Assembly: GCA_009701715.1 (NCBI GenBank)
Contig: WLJO01000010.1
Location: forward strand, 2,916-66,915
Length of the DNA: 64,000 nt
Direction: 5' to 3'
Source of the DNA: Actinomycetota bacterium
Lineage (GTDB): Bacteria; Actinomycetota; Acidimicrobiia; Acidimicrobiales; Ilumatobacteraceae
Part shown: piece by piece, positions 35,056 through 45,126 of the stretch
Layout of the letters: each line of letters opens with the position of its first letter
Position numbering within the stretch: the stretch's first letter is position 1
The notes under the pieces: generated by a model
The model's database searches: none
Told to the model about the DNA's origin: nothing
What the model saw: the letters and a program-made list of their open reading frames with translations, nothing else
Program-made: the position numbers and the translations under genes

Positions 35056-35290
35056 GTACAGTGTTCTCCCCAGCCGTCGGGGGACAACCGGGGGACGACC
35101 CCCGCCCGACTGGGGATAACAACAAGTTGTCCCCCGCGACGTTCGTGAGAACGCCGAAGCCTGTGGGAACCTGTGTACCGCCAACCACAGGGCCCCGGGG
35201 CTGGGAGCAGGGGAAACGTTCCCCTGTCCACAATCCACAGCCTTATTACCGTTATTAGATGGTTCATCAGCCAACAGGGAGTAACAAGCG
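35056..35290. other. oriC (dnaA-dnaN intergenic origin)
   Basis: DnaA-box-like 9-mers: GGGGGACAA 35079-35087, TGGGGATAAC 35111-35120, TTGTCCCCC 35127-35135, TGTCCACA 35225-35232 and ATCCACAG 35233-35240. The local AT-rich stretch CCTTATTACCGTTATTAGATGGTTCATC (35241-35268) is a candidate unwinding element. Gene-strand polarity switches here. Confidence 0.7.
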
Positions 35291-36382
35291 GTGAAGTTCC
35301 GATGCGAACGTGACGTACTGGCCGAGGCCCTCGGGGCTGCTGGTCGAGCCGCGACCGGACGCACTGGGTCGCTCCCCGTGCTGCAGGGAATCCGGCTCGA
35401 ACTGAAGGGCGATCGGCTGACGGTCACCGGCAGCGATCTGGAGTTGACCGTGCAGTACGAGCTGACGGTCGACGGACAGCAGGACGGAGGAATGGTCGTT
35501 CCCAAGCTCACGTCGGACATCGTGAAGTCGCTCGGTGACCCAAAGGTTGAGTTGCTCGCCGAGGGCGAGGAGGTCACCGTTGCGGCTGGCCGGTCGCGGT
35601 TCACCATTCGGCCGTGGGCATACGACGACTACCCGCGAGTGGGCTCCACCACCGCTAGCTCGGTGACGTTGCCGGCCGCCGATTTCATCGACGCACTTCG
35701 ACAGGTCGTTCGAGCAGCGAGCACCGACGAGCAGAAGCCTCAGCTCACCGGCGTGCTCTTGGCTGCTGAGGCCGGCGGGTTACGCCTCGTTGCGACCGAT
35801 TCGTATCGGCTGGCTGTGCGAGATCTTGCCGGAACCACGGTGCTCGGCACGGACCAGCAGGTGCTCGTGCCCGCCCGAGCGCTGCAGGAAGTGATTCGTC
35901 TGGCGTCGGGGTCCGGGGAGTTGACGCTGCGGCTCGGCGAGCGGGATGCAACGTTCGAGGTGGCATCTGCCAGGGTCACCACGCGACTCATCGACCAGCC
36001 GTTCCCCAACTACAGGCAGCTCATGCCGCAGCCGGCGCCGAATGTCCTCACGATCGACAAGGACGCATTCACCGACGCGCTTCGCCGTGTACGACTGCTC
36101 GCGCGGGACACCATCCCGGTGAGGCTGCATCTCGGTGGGCCCACATTGCGTCTCGAGGCCATCAGTAACGATCGCGGCACGGTGAGCGAAGAGGTTGACG
36201 CCCAGTTCGACGGGACGGAACTCACCATCGCCTTCAATGCCGAGTACCTCGCATCGGGCATCGATGCATGTGCTGGCGAGCAGGTCACGTTGTCCACCCA
36301 GCGCGAGAGCAACCGGCCGGCGGTGTTGCGCGGGCTCGGTACCGACGACTACTTCTACCTGCTGATGCCGCAGAAGGTCTAG
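35291..36382 (+). CDS. dnaN: DNA polymerase III beta sliding clamp
   Basis: MKFRCERDVLAEAL... with three-domain length (363 aa), GTG start and canonical position. Confidence 0.95.
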   Translation: MKFRCERDVLAEALGAAGRAATGRTGSLPVLQGIRLELKGDRLTVTGSDLELTVQYELTVDGQQDGGMVVPKLTSDIVKSLGDPKVELLAEGEEVTVAAGRSRFTIRPWAYDDYPRVGSTTASSVTLPAADFIDALRQVVRAASTDEQKPQLTGVLLAAEAGGLRLVATDSYRLAVRDLAGTTVLGTDQQVLVPARALQEVIRLASGSGELTLRLGERDATFEVASARVTTRLIDQPFPNYRQLMPQPAPNVLTIDKDAFTDALRRVRLLARDTIPVRLHLGGPTLRLEAISNDRGTVSEEVDAQFDGTELTIAFNAEYLASGIDACAGEQVTLSTQRESNRPAVLRGLGTDDYFYLLMPQKV

Positions 36383-36391
36383 CCCCGACCG

Positions 36392-37477
36392 GTGATCGTC
36401 CAGCGGATCAAGCTCAGGGATTTTCGCAATTACCCCGAGGCAACGTTCGACCTCACGGGAGGCGTGACCGCAGTAATCGGCGAGAACGGACAGGGAAAGA
36501 CGAACCTCGCCGAGGCGATGGCGTACCTCGCGACCCTCGGTAGTTTCCGCGGTGTGACGCCGGACGCGTTGATTCGCGTTGGGTCTGAGCAGGCGGTAAT
36601 CCGGGCCGACGTCGTTCACGATGATGGACGGATGCTCTTGGTCGAGGCCGAGATCAATCGCAACGGCCGGAACCGGGTGTTCGTCAACAAGCAGCGTCTA
36701 GTGCGCGCAAGGGATTTGCTCGGGGTGGTGCGGGTGAGTGTGTTCTCCCCAGACGACCTGGCGCTCGTGAAGGGCGGTCCCGCCGAGCGGCGCACGTTCC
36801 TCGATGACGCGCTGGTGGCGCTCGCTCCCAAGCATGACGCGCTGCAGCGCGACGTCGATCGAATCTTGCGACAGCGAAACACCCTGCTCAAGCAGGCCGG
36901 CGGAAGGGTGAGCCCGGAGGTGGCCCTCACGCTCGATGTCTGGGACGCGAAATTTGCCGAGACCGGCGACGAACTCGGGCGGGTGCGTGCCGCACTGGTG
37001 GCCAACCTCGAGCCGGCACTGCGGGAGGCGTACAGCGCGTTGGCGGACCGCGAGACACCGGCGGGCGCCACGTACGAACCAACCTGGCGCAAGGAAGGGC
37101 TTGCAGCCGCACTGGCCGCGTCCCGCGCGGATGATCTGAAGCGGGCCGTCACCACCGTCGGACCGCACCGTGACGACCTCGACCTCTTGGTGAACGCAAT
37201 GCCCGCCCGCACGCATGCCTCGCAGGGGGAACAGAGAACGCTGGCCCTCGCTATGCGGATGGCGGTACACCGTCTGGTCGCTGACCAGGTGGGAACCCCA
37301 CCGATTCTCGTGCTCGACGACGTGCTGTCCGAACTCGACGCCGGTAGGGCGCGGGCACTGCTCGGCCACCTCCCGGTGGGACAGGTAATCCTCACCACGG
37401 CCACTGCGCTGCCCGAACACGCCCGGCCGGACCGGGTGCTGCGCATCGCGGCCGGTTGTGTGAGCGGTAACCAATAA
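36392..37477 (+). CDS. recF: DNA replication/repair protein RecF
   Basis: Walker A GENGQGKTNLAEA, signature SQGEQRTLALA, Walker B LVLDDV. Confidence 0.95.
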   Translation: MIVQRIKLRDFRNYPEATFDLTGGVTAVIGENGQGKTNLAEAMAYLATLGSFRGVTPDALIRVGSEQAVIRADVVHDDGRMLLVEAEINRNGRNRVFVNKQRLVRARDLLGVVRVSVFSPDDLALVKGGPAERRTFLDDALVALAPKHDALQRDVDRILRQRNTLLKQAGGRVSPEVALTLDVWDAKFAETGDELGRVRAALVANLEPALREAYSALADRETPAGATYEPTWRKEGLAAALAASRADDLKRAVTTVGPHRDDLDLLVNAMPARTHASQGEQRTLALAMRMAVHRLVADQVGTPPILVLDDVLSELDAGRARALLGHLPVGQVILTTATALPEHARPDRVLRIAAGCVSGNQ

Positions 37478-37830
37478 TGGCTGGCAGGTACGTCGATGGC
37501 GGCAGGCGACGAGTGCGTGAGCCCCGGCCGCTGTCGCTCGCCCTCGATGAGGTGCTGCGGTCGCTACAGCCGGCGAGCACGTCGGCTACCCCGGCCAAGA
37601 CGGTGGGAGGGGTGTTCGCCCGGTGGGAGGACGCGGTTGGAGCGCAGATCGCTGCGAACGCCCGTCCGACTCGGCTGTCGGACGGCGTGCTGTTCGTGGA
37701 GGTGGACGAGCCCGGATGGGCGACACAGTTGCGCTATCTGGAGGCCCAGCTCATCGAACGGATCACTGCTGTAGCGGGGCCGGGCGTGACCAAGATCGAA
37801 CTTCGAGTGCGCCGCCGCGGCAGGGCGTGA
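37477..37830 (+). CDS. DUF721 domain protein (DciA-like, Rv0004 position)
   Basis: ARWEDAVGAQIAANARPTRLSDGVLFVEVDEPGWATQLRY is the DUF721 pattern. TAATG overlap with the recF stop. Confidence 0.8.
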   Translation: MAGRYVDGGRRRVREPRPLSLALDEVLRSLQPASTSATPAKTVGGVFARWEDAVGAQIAANARPTRLSDGVLFVEVDEPGWATQLRYLEAQLIERITAVAGPGVTKIELRVRRRGRA

Positions 37831-37994
37831 GACGGCCAGAATCGGTTTTCCGGCACCCGCGTATCAAAATCCCGGAAAAACCCCGGCCGCTACGCCTCTC
37901 AGGGCCGAATCACAGGCCTTCCATCCGTTTCCCCGTCACACCCCAGAGGTAGGATTGCATCGTTGTGATTCCAACCCTCTAGGAGCCATTGCTC

Positions 37995-39977
37995 GTGAGT
38001 AGCACGTCCGCCGATTCCAAGTCGGCAACCACCCCGTCAGTGGAATACGACGCCAGTGCCATCCAGGTCCTTGAGGGCCTCGACCCGGTGCGAAAGCGCC
38101 CGGGTATGTACATCGGGTCTACCGGCCTGGCCGGTCTGCACCACCTCATCTGGGAGGTTGTGGACAACTCGGTTGACGAGGCGATGGCCGGGTTCTGTAC
38201 CCGCATCGTGGTCACCCTCACCCCCGAAGGATCCTGTCGCGTAGAAGACAACGGCCGAGGCGTGCCGGTAGACCCGTACCCGAGCGGGCCGCACAAGGGC
38301 AAGAGCGCCGTTGAGGTGGTGCTCACCGTGCTGCACGCCGGCGGCAAGTTCGGCGGCGGCGGCTACAAGGTGTCGGGTGGTCTGCACGGCGTGGGTGTCT
38401 CGGTGGTCAACGCACTCTCTGAGCGCCTGCTCATCACCATCGACAAGGGTGGCAAGCGGTATTTCCAGGAATACGCGGACGGCGGAAAGCCGCAGGCCAA
38501 GCTCGCCGCTATCGGCGACAGCCCAGCCGCTGGGCGCACATCAGGGACCACCGTGGAGTTTTGGCCTGATGCTGGCGTTTTCGCAGCGGAGGGTACGGAG
38601 TTCGTGGCCCGCACCGTGCTCGAACGCTTGCAGACGATGGCGTTCCTCAACCGCAGTCTGGAGATCGCTTTTGCGGACGAGCGGCCCGGCAAGGAACAAG
38701 AGGTCACCTATCTCTACAAGGGTGGCATCGTCGACTTCGTCAAGCACCTCAACACCTCGAAAGAGGCGCTGTTCGTCAAGGTCGCCCACTTCGAGGCCAC
38801 CGACGACGACGAGGGTCAGGTCTGCGACGTGGCCATGCAGTGGAACACCGGTTACTACGAGGGTGTTCACGGTTATGCGAATGGCATCTCCACCACCGAG
38901 GGCGGCATGCACGTGGAGGGGTTCCGTACGGCACTCACCTCGGTCATCAACAAGTACGCCCGGGCCGGCAAGACGCCGCTGCTCAAGGAGAAGGACGAGA
39001 ACCTCGCTGGTGAGGACATCCGAGAAGGTCTCACCGCCATCGTCGCCGTGAAGCTACGCGAGCCCCAGTTCGAGGGCCAGACAAAAGCCAAACTGGGCAA
39101 CGTCAGCATGCGGTCATTCGTGCAGAAAGTCGTCAACGAAAAGCTCGCCGAGTGGCTCGAGGAGAACCCTGCCGAGGCCAATCGCATCGTCAAGAAGGCA
39201 ATCTCGGCCGCCCAGGCTCGGCTCGCCGCCAAGAATGCCCGCAACGCCATTCGTCGCAAGACAGCACTCGGTGGTGCTGGCATGCCGGACAAGTTGAAGG
39301 ACTGCGCCACGAAGAACGCCGAGGAGGCCGAACTGTTCATCGTGGAGGGAGACTCCGCCGGCGGCACGGCGCTCAACGCGCGTGAGCCGCGTACGCAGGC
39401 GCTTCTCCCCATCCGAGGCAAGATCCTCAACGTCGAGCGGGCCCGCCTCGACAAGATGCTGAAGAACAACGAGATCCAGGCGCTCATCACAGCGATCGGT
39501 GGGGGCGTGGGCGAAGAGTTCACCGCAGAGAAGGTTCGCTATCACAAGGTCATCGCCCTCTGCGATGCCGATGTGGACGGCAGCCACATCCGCACTCTGC
39601 TGCTCACCTTTTTCTTCCGACAGATGAAGCCGCTCGTCGAGCACGGCTACGTGTACATCGCGCAGCCGCCGCTGTACTCCACCGAGATCGGCAAGCAGAA
39701 GATCTACCTCAAGGACGATCTCGCGAAGAACGGCTTTCTTGCCGAGCATCCGAACCACAAAAAAGACTTCAGCCGCCTGAAGGGACTCGGCGAGATGGAC
39801 TGGGAGGAACTGAAGGAGACCACGATGGATCCGTCCAAGCGGACCCTCCTGCAGGTCACCGTCGAGGAAGCCGCACTCGCAGACGAGATGACCAGCGTGC
39901 TCATGGGCGACGACGTCGAGAGCCGCAAGGCATTCATCCAGAAGAACGCCAAAGACGTTCGCTTCCTGGACATCTGA
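37995..39977 (+). CDS. gyrB: DNA gyrase subunit B
   Basis: YDASAIQVLEGLDPVRKRPGMYIG, the GHKL ATPase, Toprim EGDSAGG and PLRGKILNVE. GTG 37995 lies 9 nt after AGGAG; the ORF track starts at TTG 37989. Confidence 0.95.
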   Translation: MSSTSADSKSATTPSVEYDASAIQVLEGLDPVRKRPGMYIGSTGLAGLHHLIWEVVDNSVDEAMAGFCTRIVVTLTPEGSCRVEDNGRGVPVDPYPSGPHKGKSAVEVVLTVLHAGGKFGGGGYKVSGGLHGVGVSVVNALSERLLITIDKGGKRYFQEYADGGKPQAKLAAIGDSPAAGRTSGTTVEFWPDAGVFAAEGTEFVARTVLERLQTMAFLNRSLEIAFADERPGKEQEVTYLYKGGIVDFVKHLNTSKEALFVKVAHFEATDDDEGQVCDVAMQWNTGYYEGVHGYANGISTTEGGMHVEGFRTALTSVINKYARAGKTPLLKEKDENLAGEDIREGLTAIVAVKLREPQFEGQTKAKLGNVSMRSFVQKVVNEKLAEWLEENPAEANRIVKKAISAAQARLAAKNARNAIRRKTALGGAGMPDKLKDCATKNAEEAELFIVEGDSAGGTALNAREPRTQALLPIRGKILNVERARLDKMLKNNEIQALITAIGGGVGEEFTAEKVRYHKVIALCDADVDGSHIRTLLLTFFFRQMKPLVEHGYVYIAQPPLYSTEIGKQKIYLKDDLAKNGFLAEHPNHKKDFSRLKGLGEMDWEELKETTMDPSKRTLLQVTVEEAALADEMTSVLMGDDVESRKAFIQKNAKDVRFLDI

Positions 39978-39995
39978 GACAAGGGCATCTGAACC

Positions 39996-42485
39996 ATGAG
40001 TGACAACAACGACACGCCCGACATCCCGGACGACGACGACGAGGTCTTTGTGCCGAGCGAGATCCCCATGGGTGGCATCTCGCCCATCGAGATCAACGAG
40101 GAGATGGAACGCTCCTTCCTCGACTACGCAATGTCCGTCATCATGTCCCGCGCCCTGCCGGACGTGCGCGACGGGCTCAAGCCGGTGCACCGACGGATCA
40201 TCTGGGACATGGAGGAGCAGGGCTTCCGCCCAAACCGCAGTTTCGTGAAATCGGCGCGTGTCACCGGGGACACCATGGCGAAGTACCACCCCCACGGTGA
40301 GGGCGCGATCTACGACGCGCTCGTGCGCATGGCACAGCCCTTCTCGTTGCGTCATCCACTCATCGACTTCCACGGCAACTACGGCAGCCCCGACTTCGGC
40401 CCTGCTGCATCGCGCTATACGGAGTGCAAACTGCACCCTCTCACCATGCGGTTGCTCGCCGACATCGACGAGAACACGGTCGACTTCGTCTCCAACTATT
40501 CGGGCGAGTTCGAGGAACCCAAGGTGCTGCCGTCCCGGTTCCCCAACCTGCTCGTCAACGGCAGCCAGGGCATCGCGGTGGGTATGGCCACCAACATCCC
40601 GCCCCACAATCTCGGTGAGGTGATCGACGCAACGGTGCACCTCATTGATCATCCTGAGGCCACGTCCGAGGACCTCATGCAGTTCGTGAAGGGACCGGAC
40701 TTCCCGTCTGGCGGTTTCATCATGGGCCGTGCCGGGATCATGGACGCGTACCGAACCGGCAGGGGCAGCATCAAGATGCGCGCCAAGGCAGCCATCGAGG
40801 AGGGCAAGCGCGGCGGCTTTCAGATCATCGTCTCTGAGATGCCGTACCAGGTGAGTGGCTCGGCCGTGCTGGCACGCATTCAGGAACTGGTGGACGCCGG
40901 CGACCTGGACGGGATCGCCGACGCGAACGACTCGTCGGCGGGCGGAAAGACCAAGCTGGTCGTCACACTCAAGCGCGACGCCAACGCGAACGTCGTGCTG
41001 AACAACCTGTACAAGCTCACGCAGTTGCAGACGAGCTTCGGCGTCAACATGGTGGCCCTCGTGGACGGGGTGCCGCGCACACTCAACCTCGTGCAGGTGC
41101 TTCACGGATACGTGGATCACCAGGTTGAGGTCATCCAGCGCCGCACGAAGTTCCGCCTTGAGAAGGCACAGAACGAACTGCACATCCAAGAGGGTCTGAT
41201 GAAGGCCCTCAACGTGATCGACGAGGTGATCGCCGCCATCCGCGCGTCGGAAGACCGGGCCGATGCGCGCGTGCATCTGCAGGCTGCCCCGTTCGAGTTC
41301 AGCGAGACCCAGGCCGAGCACATCCTCGACATGACTCTCGGGCGTCTCACGCGTCTCGCACGTGTGGACATCGAGCAGCGCATCGAGGGTCTCCGCGTGG
41401 ACATCGCGTCCTACGAGGCAATCCTCGCCGACGACGTCGTACTGCGCGGCGTCATCAAGGATGACCTCCGCGCGATCAAGGGAGAGTTCGCGACGGCACG
41501 CCGTTGCGAGATCATGCTCGACGGCGGCGACATGGATCTCGCCGACCTCGTGGACGACAAAGAACTGGTCGTCGTCATGACCAACGCCGGGTACGCGAAA
41601 ACCGTCGATGCCGGGGCGTTCCGCACACAGGCACGCGGCGGGCGCGGCGTGAGCGGGGCCAAGCTGAAGACCGAGGACCTCGTGAGCCACGTGATTTTCA
41701 CGACGGCGCTCTCGTACCTGCTGATGTTCTCCAACCGCGGCAAGGTCTACCGGCTGCGCGCAATGGACATCCCCGAGCGCGAGCGCACGGCGAAGGGCAC
41801 GCCCATCGTCAACTTGCTGCCGCTTCAGGCGAACGAGCGCATCGAGGCGATCATCGATACCCGCGGGTTCCCCGGCGAGAGCTTCCTGTTCTTCGCCACC
41901 AAGAACGGCCAGGTGAAGAAGACGGCCTTCAACGAGTACGACTCCTCCCGCCGGGATGGTCTGATTGCCCTCAACCTCAGGGACAACGATGAGCTCGTCA
42001 AGGTGATTGTCACCGACGGCTCGAACGACATCTTCATGGTGGCGCGCAGCGGTATCACGATCCGTTTCAACGAGGAGGAAGTTCGCGCGATGGGCCGGGC
42101 GGCGGCGGGTGTGCGAGGCATGAGGCTGAAGGCCGGCGACGAAGTGGTGTCGTGCGACCTCGCCAAGGACGACTCGGCAATCCTGCTCGTGACCGACGGT
42201 GGCTACGGCAAGCGCACGCAGCTCGACCGATTCAACCGGCAGGGCCGCGGTGGTCAGGGTGTGATGGGGATCCGTCTCACCGGCAAGAAGGGCAAGGTGG
42301 TGGCCGCATTCATGGTGACCATCGACGACGAGATCGTTGCCGTTTCCTCAACCGGTATCACCATCCGGATGGAAGTGCGCGAGATCTCCTCACAGGGGCG
42401 CGATGCCACCGGAGTGCGCGTCATGAATCTCGACTCGGGCCAGACCGTGGCCTCCGTGGCTCCGATCATCGCTGCCGACGAGTGA
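39996..42485 (+). CDS. gyrA: DNA gyrase subunit A
   Basis: [16 protein letters not shown], the active-site region AAMRYTE-equivalent ASRYTECKL, and C-terminal beta-pinwheel repeats. Confidence 0.97.
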   Translation: MSDNNDTPDIPDDDDEVFVPSEIPMGGISPIEINEEMERSFLDYAMSVIMSRALPDVRDGLKPVHRRIIWDMEEQGFRPNRSFVKSARVTGDTMAKYHPHGEGAIYDALVRMAQPFSLRHPLIDFHGNYGSPDFGPAASRYTECKLHPLTMRLLADIDENTVDFVSNYSGEFEEPKVLPSRFPNLLVNGSQGIAVGMATNIPPHNLGEVIDATVHLIDHPEATSEDLMQFVKGPDFPSGGFIMGRAGIMDAYRTGRGSIKMRAKAAIEEGKRGGFQIIVSEMPYQVSGSAVLARIQELVDAGDLDGIADANDSSAGGKTKLVVTLKRDANANVVLNNLYKLTQLQTSFGVNMVALVDGVPRTLNLVQVLHGYVDHQVEVIQRRTKFRLEKAQNELHIQEGLMKALNVIDEVIAAIRASEDRADARVHLQAAPFEFSETQAEHILDMTLGRLTRLARVDIEQRIEGLRVDIASYEAILADDVVLRGVIKDDLRAIKGEFATARRCEIMLDGGDMDLADLVDDKELVVVMTNAGYAKTVDAGAFRTQARGGRGVSGAKLKTEDLVSHVIFTTALSYLLMFSNRGKVYRLRAMDIPERERTAKGTPIVNLLPLQANERIEAIIDTRGFPGESFLFFATKNGQVKKTAFNEYDSSRRDGLIALNLRDNDELVKVIVTDGSNDIFMVARSGITIRFNEEEVRAMGRAAAGVRGMRLKAGDEVVSCDLAKDDSAILLVTDGGYGKRTQLDRFNRQGRGGQGVMGIRLTGKKGKVVAAFMVTIDDEIVAVSSTGITIRMEVREISSQGRDATGVRVMNLDSGQTVASVAPIIAADE

Positions 42486-42817
42486 CTAGCAGGGCTGCCG
42501 ACCTCGGGCAGCGCCAGGGCGGGACGGCGGCGGACCGTGGTTCCGTCTCGCTGATCGTCATCGGCGTTGTCGCCGTGGCCGTTGCGCTCCTGCTGAGTAT
42601 CGGCCGCTTCGGCCGCGACCTCGACGACAGCGCACGAGCGCAGACCGCAGCCGACGCGGCAGCGCTCGCAGGGGTACAGGGCGGTAGACAGTTGGCGGCG
42701 GAGGTCGCTGAGGCAAATGGCGCGGAACTCGTGTCGTTCGTCGCAGATAACGGTTCGGTGCGGGTAACCACTGCCGTATCGGGTGCGGTTGCATCTGCAC
42801 GCGCCATCGGTTCGTGA
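42482..42817 (+). CDS. TadE-like (Rv3654c-type) pseudopilin-like protein
   Basis: DRGSVSLIVIGVVAVAVALLLSIG...ARAQTAADAAALAGV...ANGAELVSF...VRVT matches my recollection of the helicase/secretion-neighbourhood TadE-like family. GTGA overlap with the gyrA stop. Confidence 0.6.
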   Translation: MTSRAADLGQRQGGTAADRGSVSLIVIGVVAVAVALLLSIGRFGRDLDDSARAQTAADAAALAGVQGGRQLAAEVAEANGAELVSFVADNGSVRVTTAVSGAVASARAIGS

Positions 42818-42866
42818 GCGGTGAGGCGTGCGTGTACCCGGTGTTCGTTACGCTGCCGGTGTGTCC

Positions 42867-43640
42867 ATGAGCGACCCTCCGGTCGACCCTCGCACCGAGT
42901 CAAACTCGGGTCCCGGTGCGCAGCGCCCGCGTCCGCGTTCGTTCATGCGATCGACGGAACCTCCCGACGACTCGCTCGGAATGCCGACGGTGCAGGTACC
43001 GGTCGGCCGCGCCTCGGCGACCGCACCGCAGTGGAGTGTTCCCCCGTCCCAACAGCCGCCGGCATCCGAGCCGCCTGTGGAGTACCTACCGTCGGACACC
43101 TACCCGTCTGATCCGGCGTTCGACCCGAGCACGTTTTTGTATCCCGATCCGGCGGAGACATTCGTTCCCCGGGGTCGGCCCCGGGTGCGCAAGGTAAGTC
43201 GCGTGGTGCGAGCTGTCGACGCGTGGTCCGTGTTCAAGGTGTCGATCATCTTCTACCTCGCCATGTACGCGGTCTGTCTCATCGCGGGTGTGCTGTTGTG
43301 GAATGTTGCCTACAGCACCGGCACGATCGACAACATCTCCAGTTTCTTTGAGTCCTTCGGCTGGAAGTCATTCGAGTTCAAGGGCGGTGAGATCTTCCAC
43401 AACGCGTGGATCATCGGACTGTTCCTCGTCGTCGGCCTGACCGGCCTGAACGTCGTGATGGCGACGCTGTTCAACCTGATTACCGACCTTGTCGGCGGGT
43501 TGAGGTTCACGGTGCTCGAAGAAGAGGTCGTGGTCCGTCGCACCGACCCGAGTGGGACAGACCTGGCGCCGGCCACGAGCCCGGTCCTCGCCGGCCGGCT
43601 AACCCTCAACCGCTGGCGACGTCGGTCCCGGGGTCGCTGA
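42867..43640 (+). CDS. DUF3566 domain-containing membrane protein (Rv0007 position)
   Basis: Pro-rich N-terminus, then VRAVDAWSVFKVSIIFYLAMY...TGLNVVMATLFNLITDLVGGLRFTVLEEE. Confidence 0.8.
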   Translation: MSDPPVDPRTESNSGPGAQRPRPRSFMRSTEPPDDSLGMPTVQVPVGRASATAPQWSVPPSQQPPASEPPVEYLPSDTYPSDPAFDPSTFLYPDPAETFVPRGRPRVRKVSRVVRAVDAWSVFKVSIIFYLAMYAVCLIAGVLLWNVAYSTGTIDNISSFFESFGWKSFEFKGGEIFHNAWIIGLFLVVGLTGLNVVMATLFNLITDLVGGLRFTVLEEEVVVRRTDPSGTDLAPATSPVLAGRLTLNRWRRRSRGR

Positions 43641-43722
43641 CCAGCGTTCATCCAGTCCGTGGTCGACCTTGCGCCGGTTGAGGGTCTGCCCCTCCCGTCG
43701 GTATGCTCACCGGACCCTGCTG

Positions 43723-43799
43723 GGGGCTATAGCTCAGTCGGTTAGAGCGCATCCCTGATAAGGATGAGGTCACAAGTTCGATTCTTGTTAGCCCCACCA
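43723..43799 (+). tRNA. tRNA-Ile (anticodon GAT)
   Basis: Cloverleaf by eye: acceptor GGGGCTA/TAGCCCC, D-arm AGCTCAGTCGGTTAGAGC, anticodon stem CATCC/GGATG with loop CTGATAA, T-arm ACAAGTTCGATTCTTGT, encoded CCA. Confidence 0.95.
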
Positions 43800-43903
43800 A
43801 CAGCCGGTCCCCGCTTGATGCGTTGTCCGAGAGACGTGTCGTCTGGGGCCCGCGTCGTGCCTATCGCCCTGCGTGAAGGACCGTGGCGGTTAGCGTCACG
43901 TTC

Positions 43904-44038
43904 ATGAAGTTGTTGCGCCGAGCACTCATGGCCCTGTCGATGGCCGGAATGATTGCGGGCGCCCTGCGTATCCGCGGCAAGGGCGGTGTGCCGCCGCAGA
44001 GCGGCGGGTGGCGCGAACTGCCCCTCGACGAGTCGTGA
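43904..44038 (+). CDS. Candidate 44-aa single-TM micro-protein
   Basis: MKLLRRALMALSMAGMIAGALRIRGKGGVPPQSGGWRELPLDES. Its TGA overlaps the GTG (GTGA) of the next gene. Not in the ORF track because it is shorter than 60 aa. No clear SD. Confidence 0.35.
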   Translation: MKLLRRALMALSMAGMIAGALRIRGKGGVPPQSGGWRELPLDES

Positions 44039-45057
44039 ACGCTGCAGCAGGGACCGGCAGGCTCGTCCGTGTTGTCGGAGCCGGTGCGGTAGGGGCCAGG
44101 CTCGCCCGGGCGATCCTCGCCGCCGATATCTCGGTGGATCTCGAGATTGACGACGCGAAGCCCGATGTCGCGCGTGCGCTCATCACGGGGCTCGGCGACC
44201 GCGCCCGAGCGGTAGGCGAACTCGGTGTCGGGCAACCGGACCCGGCTGTCGTCGTGCTTGCCCGGCCGAAGTCGCACATCGAGACGGCCAGCAAGGCGCT
44301 AACGGCGGGGATCAGTGTGGTGTCCGTCTGCGACGACGTCGACGATGTGCGTTCGTTGATGAGCCTCGATCGGCTGGCCCGCCGGAACAACGCCACGATC
44401 GTCGTCGGTGCCGCAATGAGCCCGGGCCTGTCGGGACTCGTCGCCCGACACCTCGCATCCCGTCTGGAGCGCCTTGACGAGATTCACGTGGCAATACACG
44501 GAACCGGCGGTCCGGAGTGCGCGATCCAGCACCACCGTGCGCTGGGCGGCACGGCCCTCGGCTGGACCGACCGGGCGTGGATGGAGCGGCCCGCCGGGAG
44601 CGGACGCGAGCTTGCGTGGTTCCCCGAGCCGATCGGAGCCAAGGACTGCTACCGGGCCGAAATGGTGGACCCCCTCGTGCTCCCAAGGGCGTTTCCGGAG
44701 GTGGAGCGGGTGAGCGCGCGGATGTCAGCCACCCGCCGCGACCGACTCACCGCACGACTGCCCATGCTCACGCCACCGCATCCCGAAGGTGGCTTGGGCG
44801 GTCTGCGTGTCGAGGTACGCGGCCACCGCAACGGCGAGCGCATCGCCCTCGTGGCGGGGCTCGCCGAGCGAACAGCGGTGGCAACGGCTCACGTTGCAGC
44901 GGTCTTCGCGCTGGCGCTCGTGCGCAACGAACTCACTCCGGGGCTCGTGCTTCCCGGCGACGCAGTGCTGGACACCGAGCGCCTGCTCGACCGGCTCTTA
45001 GCAGCGGGACTTGTCATGCACGAGTTCGTGGGTACGGAGTCGCGCAGCAGCTGGTGA
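44035..45057 (+). CDS. Saccharopine dehydrogenase-like NAD(P)-binding protein
   Basis: Rossmann motif VRVVGAGAVGARLA and about 340 aa. Family call is tentative. Confidence 0.55.
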   Translation: MNAAAGTGRLVRVVGAGAVGARLARAILAADISVDLEIDDAKPDVARALITGLGDRARAVGELGVGQPDPAVVVLARPKSHIETASKALTAGISVVSVCDDVDDVRSLMSLDRLARRNNATIVVGAAMSPGLSGLVARHLASRLERLDEIHVAIHGTGGPECAIQHHRALGGTALGWTDRAWMERPAGSGRELAWFPEPIGAKDCYRAEMVDPLVLPRAFPEVERVSARMSATRRDRLTARLPMLTPPHPEGGLGGLRVEVRGHRNGERIALVAGLAERTAVATAHVAAVFALALVRNELTPGLVLPGDAVLDTERLLDRLLAAGLVMHEFVGTESRSSW

Positions 45058-45126
45058 CCGGCAGGAAGCAGGTGGCGCCAAAGGTGAGTGGTCCCCGATC
45101 GGGTCTTGTCGACGCTGAACCCGAGA

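Noticed and set aside
39114-41690. 858-aa ORF on the minus strand
   Set aside because: It is antisense to gyrB/gyrA. Its composition is low-complexity (H, D, V, R, L) and I recognise no family. Shadow ORF.
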